Positions 48,103 to 58,233 of a stretch of 64,000 bases of DNA are shown here, one piece after another. The DNA is from a virus. Its lineage: Duplodnaviria > Caudoviricetes. The notes beneath the pieces are model-generated. The model did not search any database and was not told the origin of the DNA. It was given only the letters and a program-made list of their open reading frames with translations. Position 1 is the first letter of the stretch. The number at the start of each line of letters is the position of its first letter. The stretch lies in the IMG/VR virus record IMGVR_UViG_3300025413_001239; one strand, given 5' to 3'. The translations under genes were made by a program, and so were the position numbers.

Positions 48103-48926
48103 AAGTAATTTTTTCCAAATGTTATTAGTTTTTCATTATAATTTTGATGTATAAAATCTAAATACCCCTTTTCTATTTCTAGTCCATCGAAAATGCTTGC
48201 ATCTATATTTATACCTCTTATTAAAGATTCATCAATTTTTTGTGGGTTAAAATTCAAATTATTAACGACACCATCATATCGATTATTAATCATCTCAACA
48301 CTATGGTTATAATTAACGAATTCGTAGTGTTTATACCACAACTGTTTTATAACATAGTATTTAGTATTTATCGATTGTAAATGAATAACACCATATTTTT
48401 TACTAAAATCTTTTGGTAGAAAAACATTTGGTGTTCTAGGGGTATGATATTTAAATTCTTTCGTATTTAGTCTGCCGATATTATTAGTTGGTAATACAAA
48501 ACTCCTATAATTATTTACGTAGGATGGGTCATTTCTATAAAATTCTATAGAATAATTTACACTATTATACCAAAACAGTTGAGTATCTTTTACTTTGTAA
48601 GACATTAAAAATTCATCCCAATCATCAATAATGGATGATGTTAGAAGTTCATCAGCATCCATTGAAAATATTATATCAACATCATTCATAATACTAACAT
48701 CTATCATTTTTTGTCTTTGATAACCTTCATTAAAACTTGGTAATAAATCATTTATTATCATATACCTTTCAGGTGGTAATAATGATTTAATAACCTCAAG
48801 TGAGTTATCTGTAGAGTTATCATCATAAAAAACAAATAGGTCAACTTTATATGTTGACCATATTGGTAAAATTGCCGACAATAATTTAGATTCATTTTTT
48901 AACATTGTGTTAAAGGCTACTTTCAT
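48099..48926 (-). CDS. GT2-like glycosyltransferase
   Basis: MLKNES, YDDNSTD, MDADE. Confidence 0.7.
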   Translation of the reverse strand: MKVAFNTMLKNESKLLSAILPIWSTYKVDLFVFYDDNSTDNSLEVIKSLLPPERYMIINDLLPSFNEGYQRQKMIDVSIMNDVDIIFSMDADELLTSSIIDDWDEFLMSYKVKDTQLFWYNSVNYSIEFYRNDPSYVNNYRSFVLPTNNIGRLNTKEFKYHTPRTPNVFLPKDFSKKYGVIHLQSINTKYYVIKQLWYKHYEFVNYNHSVEMINNRYDGVVNNLNFNPQKIDESLIRGINIDASIFDGLEIEKGYLDFIHQNYNEKLITFGKNYL

Positions 48927-49582
48927 ATATTAAAATTTATTAACTTTCTTTTATTATATACACTGAAATCGTGTTGTAAATTTAATTGATTCGTTTGATG
49001 AATAATATCGTTAGTACCATAGCCCCAGTCTGGGTGTTCGTGCTTTATTATCACATCTGAAAAGTATGTTTGCTTTTTCAGAAAATTACCAACCTCCATA
49101 AATTCATTATCACAATATACCGATTTATATTCTGGGTAATAAATGTACCCAAATCTATCATAATATTTTTTACCAATTATTGATAGTGTATTTAATTTTT
49201 CACCAGAGAATCCATCATTAAACCATAAAATCCCATCGGTATCTGGATAAACCTCACGCATCTTATTTTTAATTATTGTATCAAAACCTTTAACTGATGG
49301 TATCATATCATCCGAAGCTAGTAATAATATATCAAATTCAACATTACTTAAATCAGCATTTACAGCCTCAATTTTTGTTTTATTATCACCATAAAAAACT
49401 TTAACGTTACTATATTGTGATATAAATTCTCGCATATCATCGTTATTCATAGATGTATCGTTTAAATCACATGTTACAATTATCTCATTTGATTTATCAT
49501 CCATAAACCTAACATATTTGTCCAGAGTTTTTGCAAATTTCTGTGGTCGGTTTCTAGTTGGAAATTTGATTATTAATTTCAT
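48923..49582 (-). CDS. GT2-like glycosyltransferase
   Basis: FPTRNRP, ASDDMIP, YCDNEF, IKHEHP. Confidence 0.7.
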   Translation of the reverse strand: MKLIIKFPTRNRPQKFAKTLDKYVRFMDDKSNEIIVTCDLNDTSMNNDDMREFISQYSNVKVFYGDNKTKIEAVNADLSNVEFDILLLASDDMIPSVKGFDTIIKNKMREVYPDTDGILWFNDGFSGEKLNTLSIIGKKYYDRFGYIYYPEYKSVYCDNEFMEVGNFLKKQTYFSDVIIKHEHPDWGYGTNDIIHQTNQLNLQHDFSVYNKRKLINFNI

Positions 49583-49588
49583 ATTAGT

Positions 49589-50545
49589 TTAATTTTTAAC
49601 TTTTTTATTTTTATATTTTTCATCTAAATCTTCTTCGATAAAATCAGATAAAATATCAATACCATTACTAACCACTTTAGCTTTGAATTTAATAACGTAA
49701 TTTCCATCAAATTCAATAATTTTATCAACTTTTAAAATTTCATAGTAATAGTATAAAAAATCTTCGCTACCTAGAGTATTATGTGTAATAAATTCAACAC
49801 CTTTAATATCAAACATATCCATTCCAACAAACCCAGAACCAAGAGCTGTACTCATTTTTTTTACAAAGACTCTTGATGTTGGCTTAAGTTCTTCAGGATA
49901 CTTACTAACATAAAATTCAAGAAGTCGTTCTTCATCATTTATTTTCCTAATATTTAATTTCTTCGTAAAGTTTTCAATAAAGAATCTAGGAAAAAAATCA
50001 CGATTAATTTTTATAGGTCTTTCACCCTTTATTGTTGCAAAGTATTCATTAGCATTTATTTCACCATGCGTAGCAACATGGTCACCATCTTCGTTAATAC
50101 TCTTCTTAACATCGTCATAAACGACTAAATTTTTACTACTCATTGCGTCAGCACTATCCATAGCTACTTCTGAATTATCAAGAACCATTTCTAATTCATA
50201 ATCATCAAACGTATCTAATTTAACTTTATTTAATAGTACCCTATCTTCAGTATTCTTAGTTGCGTTATAATGTGAATCACCATCTGAATCAACAGTTTTA
50301 AGGGTTAATCGTAGATTTTGACTGGCCTTTAAGACCTTGTATGTACGCCAGCGTAAATCACGAACTTCACTATTTATAACCCCTTTGTTTAAGCCGTCTA
50401 ACAAAGTTCCAGTATTTTTATCTTGTTCAATCGAATTGTTAGCTTTTAATAAATTAGAATTTTGGGTTAGTAAATTTTTAGAAACATTACTAATAGCAAT
50501 AGAAAATGCAACAATTTGTCTTTTAAACCATTTTTTAAATTTCAT
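49589..50545 (-). CDS. Hypothetical protein whose first 64 codons duplicate the orphan 51324..51542
   Basis: 318 aa; the N-terminal 64 aa are 33/64 identical to the orphan. Confidence 0.75.
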   Translation of the reverse strand: MKFKKWFKRQIVAFSIAISNVSKNLLTQNSNLLKANNSIEQDKNTGTLLDGLNKGVINSEVRDLRWRTYKVLKASQNLRLTLKTVDSDGDSHYNATKNTEDRVLLNKVKLDTFDDYELEMVLDNSEVAMDSADAMSSKNLVVYDDVKKSINEDGDHVATHGEINANEYFATIKGERPIKINRDFFPRFFIENFTKKLNIRKINDEERLLEFYVSKYPEELKPTSRVFVKKMSTALGSGFVGMDMFDIKGVEFITHNTLGSEDFLYYYYEILKVDKIIEFDGNYVIKFKAKVVSNGIDILSDFIEEDLDEKYKNKKVKN

Positions 50546-50547
50546 AA

Positions 50548-51315
50548 TTAATTTTTATCTTTTTCATAAACCCATTTAAACCCACCAGCTGTTTTTCTAT
50601 TTTTTTTACAAACAGCCGAAATAGCTCCAGTTCTTATATTTAATTCACGTTCAGCTTCACCAGCATAATCCCATAATTTTATTATATTATCATCTAAATC
50701 TAATTGATAAACTTTAAGTCTTTTTTTTGACGGTAAACCAATTTTAGCTTTAGACATTTTATTTTTAGATTCATCTGAATGATTTCTACCAGTTTGTATT
50801 ATACGCATTTTTTCTTTAAAACTATTATTTCGTTTAATACCTGTTAATCTTTCTGAAATTTTCTTTTTTGTTGTTTCACTAATTATTCTATTTTTACAAT
50901 ATATTTTCATTCTTTCAGATATTGCCTTAGAATGTAATTTAGCTGATTCTGACATTTTTAACTTACTAGCTTCTGTATGTTTATACCCTAAAATACTACC
51001 AGCTATTTTAGCTTTATTATAACCAATTTTAGGGTTTGTTGCATCTAATACATCAATATAATATTGTTCACGTTCTAAGATTTTTAATTTACCAGTTAAT
51101 TCTTCTAATATTTCAAATTTAAACATTTGTGAACCATATTTAACCCAAGCGGACTGTAAATGTTTATTATAATGCTCACCTCTGTCTAATAATCTAATAT
51201 GTGTTTTTATTCTATCTTTAAAACCATCCTTTGTACTGGTTGAACTACCAATATAAATTTTATTATTTTTTAAATTTGTAATTTTATAAACACCAGTTTT
51301 TTTACTATTTATCAT
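50548..51315 (-). CDS. GIY-YIG homing endonuclease with NUMOD3 and NUMOD1 domains
   Basis: GVYKITN...IYIGSS, EREQYYI, YKHTEASKLKMS, VYQLDLD...AGGFKW. Confidence 0.9.
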   Translation of the reverse strand: MINSKKTGVYKITNLKNNKIYIGSSTSTKDGFKDRIKTHIRLLDRGEHYNKHLQSAWVKYGSQMFKFEILEELTGKLKILEREQYYIDVLDATNPKIGYNKAKIAGSILGYKHTEASKLKMSESAKLHSKAISERMKIYCKNRIISETTKKKISERLTGIKRNNSFKEKMRIIQTGRNHSDESKNKMSKAKIGLPSKKRLKVYQLDLDDNIIKLWDYAGEAERELNIRTGAISAVCKKNRKTAGGFKWVYEKDKN

Positions 51316-51323
51316 AAATTATT

Positions 51324-51542
51324 TTATAATAAATATAACAAAAAATTGGAAAGGTCCTTAACTTCTTGGTTGATTTCTTTGTGTTTTAAAGCGTATAATA
51401 ACGTACCGTAATCTTTTTCTGTTACTTTGTCGTGTGACTTTTCAAGCGTTTCACCTTTCTGAGAAACAAGATTATTACTAACATTAGATGTAGCTATCGA
51501 TATGGCAACTAATTGTCGCTTAAACCATTTTTTTAATGACAT
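51324..51542 (-). pseudogene. Orphaned original 5' end of gene 49589..50545
   Basis: Homology stops at EVKDL (51351), directly before the endonuclease promoter region. Confidence 0.75.
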
Positions 51543-53194
51543 TATTCAAGAATATTTTTATAGATTTCTATTATTTGATTAACAACATTAGTGTTGTTAA
51601 ATTTATCAATATCCGCTGGAATATCATGTAATTTTTTAGATAGAATATTACCTGAAGAATCAACCTCATAAATCCAACCTTTTTTACCACATAACCAACC
51701 TTCAATTGTAGTTCTACCCAACAAAATACCAGCGGTTTCATCACATTCATGAATGTATTTCTCAATTGAGAATGAAGGTTCGAAATACTTTACATGTTCT
51801 TGCCCGTCAATCATTGAGTTTAAATACACGTCATTCTTTTTACCAACAATCCATAATTCTTCATTATTCTCTTTAGTAGTATTAATTAAATCTTGGATTG
51901 TATTTTTACGCAAATAATCTATGGTTCCAACGAACAATACTCGTTTTTTATCACGCTTTTTAGTACTTTGAACAGGCTTAAATCTTGACACATCAAATGG
52001 GTTATAAATAACACTTATATCACTATCAGTAACATTAAAATTTTTAACAATATAGTCTTTAATCTCAGGTCTAATTGCAATGTATTTTTTAATTTGTTCT
52101 GAAATTACGGGTTCTTCTAAACTAATAACTTCAGAATGAATTCCACATATTACTGGTGTATCTGGGTATAATCGCAAAAGGTGTTCAACAACTGGTTTAT
52201 GACTTAAGTGAATAACATCAAATTTAGTTTCGGATAATTTATAGAGAGTATTTGGTTGTGAAAGAATCGAACCTTGTGGACTATTTAAAGTCCATTTTCC
52301 ATCACCAAGTTTAAAACCTGGTGGTTCTTTTAAATCGTAGAGTTTAACACCATATTTTTTAACCATACTAGCAAGAGGCTCACCAATATTTGAACAGATG
52401 GTAACATCACAATTTAATTTAGTAAGAGTTTTAGCTAGTTCAAAAGTATATAATTCAGAACCCGTAAAATGATTAAAATTAAGACATCCTAATAGGATAT
52501 TTAATCGCTCATTTTTTCTTAGTTGTCTTTTGATAGTAATAGGTAGTTTATCTTTAAACATTTCAGAAAATTGTATTCGATTCTTTTCCCATTCTTCATT
52601 AGTTATACCGATTGACCTATGATTAACTAATATTAGGGTTGTAACCCCAACTTTAACACCTTTCAAGTAATTTTCGAAACAAAAATTTACATCGTAAAAG
52701 TGAAACCCATTAACATCTTCATTGAATGTTGTTTTAATTCTTGTTTTATCGATAGCAAAAAATAAACCGTCAACGATAACAACTTCTTCTAAGACATTAT
52801 CTAACTTGTCACTATATTTTGAAACCCAAGATTTACCTTCATGTGTATGCATAACTTGACCATACATCTTTTTAGGTTTTTCCCACCATTTACCACTATC
52901 AGCTAAGTGTTTTGTACCAGCAACACCAATAATTCCAAACTCAGGATTTTCATTGAAAAGTTTAATTAACTTATTACCCCAGTTACCATTATCAAATTCA
53001 ATATCGTGATGAATAAAAACAACGATGTCATTTTTAGCCTCTTTTAAACCCCTATTATAAATTTCAGTTAATGAAAATTCACCTTTATTCTCATAACCTA
53101 AAAATTCTATTTTTTTATGTAAACCAGATGTTTTTATAACATGTTGTTTAAAATTATCTAACGAATGTTGTGATGAACACACTACAGTTACCAT
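51542..53194 (-). CDS. Two-domain glycosyltransferase (GT2-like plus GT-B-like)
   Basis: N-terminal FIHHD...FHFYDV; C-terminal TGSELY, LFVGTID, GRTTIEGWLCG. Confidence 0.8.
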   Translation of the reverse strand: MVTVVCSSQHSLDNFKQHVIKTSGLHKKIEFLGYENKGEFSLTEIYNRGLKEAKNDIVVFIHHDIEFDNGNWGNKLIKLFNENPEFGIIGVAGTKHLADSGKWWEKPKKMYGQVMHTHEGKSWVSKYSDKLDNVLEEVVIVDGLFFAIDKTRIKTTFNEDVNGFHFYDVNFCFENYLKGVKVGVTTLILVNHRSIGITNEEWEKNRIQFSEMFKDKLPITIKRQLRKNERLNILLGCLNFNHFTGSELYTFELAKTLTKLNCDVTICSNIGEPLASMVKKYGVKLYDLKEPPGFKLGDGKWTLNSPQGSILSQPNTLYKLSETKFDVIHLSHKPVVEHLLRLYPDTPVICGIHSEVISLEEPVISEQIKKYIAIRPEIKDYIVKNFNVTDSDISVIYNPFDVSRFKPVQSTKKRDKKRVLFVGTIDYLRKNTIQDLINTTKENNEELWIVGKKNDVYLNSMIDGQEHVKYFEPSFSIEKYIHECDETAGILLGRTTIEGWLCGKKGWIYEVDSSGNILSKKLHDIPADIDKFNNTNVVNQIIEIYKNILE

Positions 53195-53454
53195 ATTTTC
53201 TTTTTTTGTTTTAAATATTTAATTTTATTATATATTGAAGTTAAAGTTTTATTTAATATTAAAGCACATTTTTCACCACCTATCTTATCATAATTTTTAA
53301 CTAAAAATTCAATATCTTCTTCACGCCAAAATAGTTTTTCTTTATTTTTAATATAAGAAACAACATCCAAATATTTCTCATATTTTCTACTAAAACCTAT
53401 GTGTTCGGTGTGTTTAGGGTTTGATTCCCTTGTACAATATACTACTGTTATCAT
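53188..53454 (-). pseudogene. Probable orphaned 5' end of the glycosyltransferase fused to an HTH-like endonuclease remnant
   Basis: MITVVYC...EHI parallels MVTVVCS...QHV; followed by WREEDIEFL...LNKTLTSIYNK. Confidence 0.5.
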
Positions 53455-54110
53455 TTATTAAAACGTTTATATGAATTTTCACTTATATCTATAAAATTAG
53501 CTTGACCAATAAAATCCTTAAGGGTTAAGGCACCAGAATAACTCATGGCTGAACGAAGATAATCTTCAAAATTTTCAACCCATTTATCTAAACGGTATTC
53601 AACCTTTCTAAATCTAACAACACCTTCAGATGTCTTAAATTTTTTAGCACCCCATTTCTTTTGAACTTCCTTAGTTGACATACCTCTAAATTTCTTATAT
53701 ACTGGAATACCTATCTTATAAGCCATTTCAGCGATGTCAGTATCGACTTTTATCTTTTTCCAAAGATACATATCACCAGCCGATTCAAAGGCCTTATTCA
53801 GGATGCTACCTAGCATTACGTAGTCAGCACCTAATCCTAAAGCTTTGATGATATCACTATAATCCTTCATACCACCATCAGCAACGATTTTAGCAGGTTT
53901 TTTTAGCTTCAGTGACTCTTTATAACATTCGTCAATTAGAGAGGCCATAGGGTATCCTACACCTGTATTTTGAGTGGTTAGACAACCACAATTATGAACT
54001 ATTACATCATTAACACAATACGAATTATCGGTATCAATAGATAAATCATTTATATAACCATCAAAATTTATTTTACATATGGTATTTATTTCTTTAAATT
54101 TATATTTCAT
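53451..54110 (-). CDS. C-terminal half of IMPDH/GMP reductase preceded by a 40-aa C-intein (53991..54110)
   Basis: MKYKFKEI...VIVHN then CGCLTT; ADGG, GADYVMLGS, FRGMS, LRSAMSY. Confidence 0.9.
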   Translation of the reverse strand: MKYKFKEINTICKINFDGYINDLSIDTDNSYCVNDVIVHNCGCLTTQNTGVGYPMASLIDECYKESLKLKKPAKIVADGGMKDYSDIIKALGLGADYVMLGSILNKAFESAGDMYLWKKIKVDTDIAEMAYKIGIPVYKKFRGMSTKEVQKKWGAKKFKTSEGVVRFRKVEYRLDKWVENFEDYLRSAMSYSGALTLKDFIGQANFIDISENSYKRFNK

Positions 54111-55201
54111 TATATAATATTTTTTAAAAATTCATCTTCAAAACCTTCTTTTATTATTTTAAAATCACAATTTAAATGTAATTTTATTTCATTTTCACGT
54201 ATTAAATCTCGCTCTATTTTTTTATTATGTTCATGTTCATAGTATTCATAAACAACATTATTTTTTTCATCATAACCATCAACCCAATAACCTAAATCTT
54301 TAATATAGAATTCACCACCATTCAAAGCATGTTGAATATTAACATTTTTAAGTTCAGATATTTTATCAAAAAGTCCACAAGCATAAATATTAAAATGAGG
54401 AACCATTTTATTACCATTTAATGTTAGTTTTTTAGATATATAATTAAGTTGACTTATTCTAAGATTTTTACGATGTTCATCAGTAACTAACCTATTTTTT
54501 AATGATTTAGAAATTTTTTCTTTTATTATATTACCGTTTTCACCTTGATAAAGACTATTTAATGAACTTTTAATATTCAAAATCCATTTATCATATAAAT
54601 TATTAGCCTCTTCAATACCGTATTTCTCAACCCAAATATCTAAAACAGATTTACCATACATGGAATTCTTTTCACCAGAAGACATTAATTTTTGTTTTTC
54701 AACCATCTTTTCAAATCTTTTTAAAGCGTCATCAATACCATATTTTTTAATCCAAATATCTAAAACAGATTTACCGTACATTGGGTTATTTTTACCACTA
54801 TACATACCAACTTTAGATTGTGATTGTTTATATTTACTTAAATCAGAATGTTTTTTACCATAAAAATGATTATTTTCACCTGAATTTATTTTAATTAATT
54901 TTAAAATCGTTTCTGGTTTATGTTTTTTATTATACATTCCATTATTTACACCGAATGAGCGACAAGAACGACATAAATATGGTTTATTCAAAGAAATTAA
55001 TTGTTGTAAATTTTTAAGCTTAGTTTCACAGTTACATTTTTCACATCCAATAACCATTAAACAATTTTTTGAAATAAATCTCATATTTCTATCTACACCA
55101 TTAATTGAAAATAAAAAACCAGATTTAGTCTTTTCATATTTTTTTATTATATTATTATCAATTTTTAATTTAAAATTAATCATTTTCATTAGTTTTATCA
55201 A
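54110..55201 (-). CDS. Homing endonuclease (Vsr-like domain plus NUMOD3 repeats) between the split-intein halves
   Basis: NGMYNKKH, NHFYGKKH, NPMYGKS repeats; GGEFYI...GYWVDGYD...YEYYEHEH. Confidence 0.8.
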   Translation of the reverse strand: MIKLMKMINFKLKIDNNIIKKYEKTKSGFLFSINGVDRNMRFISKNCLMVIGCEKCNCETKLKNLQQLISLNKPYLCRSCRSFGVNNGMYNKKHKPETILKLIKINSGENNHFYGKKHSDLSKYKQSQSKVGMYSGKNNPMYGKSVLDIWIKKYGIDDALKRFEKMVEKQKLMSSGEKNSMYGKSVLDIWVEKYGIEEANNLYDKWILNIKSSLNSLYQGENGNIIKEKISKSLKNRLVTDEHRKNLRISQLNYISKKLTLNGNKMVPHFNIYACGLFDKISELKNVNIQHALNGGEFYIKDLGYWVDGYDEKNNVVYEYYEHEHNKKIERDLIRENEIKLHLNCDFKIIKEGFEDEFLKNII

Positions 55202-55970
55202 TAAAGTTATTATGCTCTATTAATAAATATTCTGGATTTTCTAGAAGTTCCAATGCCGATACCCATTCACAAAAAATATCTATGTTTTCATCATTAATAA
55301 TGTCTAAATATTTTTTATTTAACACATAAAATTCATGGTCTGGTGTACAAGTGATATCATCATTAATCACAATTAATTTACCACTATACGGTATTTTTTT
55401 TGTTTCTAAAACATCCCGATACTCACCAGTATGTGTTAATACTTTTTCACCAATTGTTATATTCTCAATTGATTTTTTTGTTGTTATAGTTGTAACTAAA
55501 GTACCATCAATAAAACAGCCGTTACCAATACCAACCCTGATATAATCAGCACCAGCTTCTGAAAGTAGAGTATATGTTTTAGGGTTAGCAATATTACCAA
55601 CCATAAGAGACATATAAGGATACTTTAATTTAAGTTGTGTTGTAATATTAAGAATATTATCCATATGACCATTAGCAACATCTATTAGATACTTACCATA
55701 TGGTTCAATCGCATCATTATCAAATAATGTTTTAATGTCAGTATATGAATATGAATTAAAACCTAATTCACAATATTCATATCTTGGGGTGCAGATGTGT
55801 ATTTTATTATAGTAATAATTGATTAGATTATATTTATTAATAACGGTATCCATTGGAGCCGTAATTAACGGTAAAAAACCTTCATTATCTAATGGGTTTA
55901 TTGCCGTTCTAGAATTTACCTTAGTTATTTCTTTTGGGACTATTAATAAGTCGTTGAAGTCTAATTTCAT
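55176..55970 (-). CDS. N-terminal half of IMPDH/GMP reductase followed by a 113-aa N-intein (55179..55517)
   Basis: APMDTV, IDVANGH, GNIA, GADYIRVGIGNG then CFIDGTLV...CTPDHEF. ATG at 55970 preferred. Confidence 0.9.
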   Translation of the reverse strand: MKLDFNDLLIVPKEITKVNSRTAINPLDNEGFLPLITAPMDTVINKYNLINYYYNKIHICTPRYEYCELGFNSYSYTDIKTLFDNDAIEPYGKYLIDVANGHMDNILNITTQLKLKYPYMSLMVGNIANPKTYTLLSEAGADYIRVGIGNGCFIDGTLVTTITTKKSIENITIGEKVLTHTGEYRDVLETKKIPYSGKLIVINDDITCTPDHEFYVLNKKYLDIINDENIDIFCEWVSALELLENPEYLLIEHNNFIDKTNEND

Positions 55971-55981
55971 AATTATTTTAT

Positions 55982-56218
55982 TTATAGATAAAATTGTTTG
56001 CTGCACATGATATTACCCTCATAATATGAGGTCCAAGGGCCAATTTGTTGGTTATTTAAACATAAACCAATTAAACATAAATCACCATTACCATGATAAA
56101 ATTTCCATAAACCATCTTGTGAGTTGTTTATATAATTACCTTCAGCTCTTAATTTATCAGAATTACTCCAATAATGTTGGAAAAACCCATGTTTTTTACC
56201 ATTAATAAATTTATTCAT
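55982..56218 (-). CDS. MORN-variant repeat protein
   Basis: NGKKHGFFQHYW...EGNYIN..QDGLWKFYH.NG. Confidence 0.65.
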   Translation of the reverse strand: MNKFINGKKHGFFQHYWSNSDKLRAEGNYINNSQDGLWKFYHGNGDLCLIGLCLNNQQIGPWTSYYEGNIMCSKQFYL

Positions 56219-56237
56219 TTTTTAATTTATTCATTTT

Positions 56238-56807
56238 TTAATTTATTCCAGTTGAACCAAAACCATTAGAATTTCTTTCAGTTTTAGTTAAGATTTTATC
56301 AACTTGTAATAAATTAATCACCGATTTACTTATTACTTGTGTTAATACAGCTTGAGCTATTCTATCACCATTATTAATGGTAAAGGGTTCATCACCATGA
56401 TTTATTAAAATCACTTTAATTTCACCAGTATAATCTGCATCAATGGTTCCTGGACTATTTAATACAACAACACCATTCTTTGCTGCAAGTCCACTTCTTG
56501 ACCTAATAGTAATTTCAAAATTATCTGGAATTTGGAAAAATAAGCCCGTAGGGACGATAGTTCGTTGTCCAGCTGGTAATGTTATTACTTCCGTTAAAGA
56601 AGCCCTTAAATCGAACCCTGAGGCCCCAGCAGTAGCATATTCAGGATTAGGGTTTGTAGAAGTATTCACAAAATTAACACCGAGCTTAAAATTCTCAGTG
56701 TTAATATTTGTGTTACTAAATTCTTTATTGAAATCTTCTTGAGTATAATCAACATCAGGATTGATAATATCCATTACCCTTTCTTTCATTTTATCAATTA
56801 GACTCAT
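56238..56807 (-). CDS. dut: Trimeric dUTPase
   Basis: GFDLRA, RSGLA, NSPGTIDADYTGE, GDRIAQ, RNSNGFGSTG. Confidence 0.95.
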   Translation of the reverse strand: MSLIDKMKERVMDIINPDVDYTQEDFNKEFSNTNINTENFKLGVNFVNTSTNPNPEYATAGASGFDLRASLTEVITLPAGQRTIVPTGLFFQIPDNFEITIRSRSGLAAKNGVVVLNSPGTIDADYTGEIKVILINHGDEPFTINNGDRIAQAVLTQVISKSVINLLQVDKILTKTERNSNGFGSTGIN

Positions 56808-57054
56808 TTGTTAACATTTTTTCTTCAATTATTTCAAAACTATCTCTTCTAGCTGGTCTAGGAACGTCAACAGTGTTAATTTTTATAAAATATAAAGGTT
56901 CTGCTTCTGTCAATGTAAACGGGTCGATTAAACCAGACATTACCGATACAATTTCACCAATAGCATTATTCCACGGTGAAATTTTAATAATTGGTTCTTC
57001 AGTTAAAATTTTAACTTTATCACCAACTTTAGGAATTTTTTTCATTTTTTTCAT
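56794..57054 (-). CDS. Hypothetical small (KOW/SH3-like) protein
   Basis: KVGDKVKIL...GEIV. Confidence 0.55.
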   Translation of the reverse strand: MKKMKKIPKVGDKVKILTEEPIIKISPWNNAIGEIVSVMSGLIDPFTLTEAEPLYFIKINTVDVPRPARRDSFEIIEEKMLTNESN

Positions 57055-57075
57055 TTTTTTTTTTTATTTTTTTTT

Positions 57076-58187
57076 TTAATTATTATACCAACTCCATTCA
57101 TACCCACCAGCAGATTTTCTTTCTTTATTGCATACTTTTGTTATATTTCCAATTTGAATTCCTAAATGTTTATAAATATAGTTATTGAATTCCACGTATT
57201 GATAATAATACCGTTTTTAGATTGAATAACTTTTTTACCTTTACTAGCTTTATATGTGGTATCTATTAGATTTTTTTTATTTTCAGTTGTTAATTTAACC
57301 TTTAAATTATATTTATCAAGTAATATATTCAATAATTTTTCATCATAATTTTCAAGATAAAACCAAAATTTATTAAGACAAACACTATTTTTAATTATTG
57401 ATTGACTTATAGCGGAAGTTGAAACACCATAAAATTTATTAGCCTCTGACAATGAGTGCCACTCTTTAGTAGTTTTTTTATTTATATCATATTCAATAAT
57501 TTTTTTATTATTTGTTTTACCATTTATGCTACGAATATTATAAGTTCTTTCATGATATTTAGAAATAAAATCTTGAAGATTGGATATGTTTTCAATATCA
57601 TCCGAGTATCGCCAAATAAAATTATTTAAAGAAAATCTTTTTAATCTACAAACATCAGTTATTGAACCATAACCGAATTCTTTTTTCACCAAATCAATAG
57701 ATTCCCATTCTTTAATAAACTCACCATTTAGTGAAAATTGTTTAACCTTTACTTTTTTAGTATCTAAAAAATCATCACTAAATTTATACCCAGATATACC
57801 ATCACCACCATTTGTTAAATTAGTTAAAGGACCTAAACCTAAATCATTTCTACCAATTAATCTAATTAATTCAACCTCTAAATTAAACGCATCATTTTCG
57901 AGCAAGTTTTTTTTAACTCTAATAATGATAGGTGATAAATTTTCAGATAGAATTTTTTTAATTTTATTGTTTTTATAACTAGATATAAAATTTAAATTAT
58001 ATTCGTTTAAATGACATTTATCTCTAAATCCAGAACCTTTACCAACATAAAAAGGTTCAAAATCAAATTCAAATTCACCATATTTATAATTTGATTTTTT
58101 TCTAGGGTCTAAGTAAACGTAAACATAAAATTTATTTTTCTTTTTGTTGTATTTCTTAGAATATTCAACTTGTTTTTTATTACTCAT
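57076..58187 (-). CDS. GIY-YIG-like homing endonuclease with NUMOD1 repeats; frameshift in the last repeat
   Basis: FYVYVY...FYVGKGSG.R, NLTNGGDG. ORF stops at 57162, but KHLGIQIGNITKVCNKERKSAGGYEW continues in another frame to 57076. Confidence 0.8.
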
Positions 58188-58233
58188 AATTTGTATTTAA
58201 TAATAAATATAACAAAAAGAAAAATAAATTAAA

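Noticed and set aside
57051-57078. Long A runs before gene 56794..57054 as a regulatory homopolymer
   Set aside because: A-rich start regions are the norm in this genome, and the runs are intergenic or assembly-sensitive.
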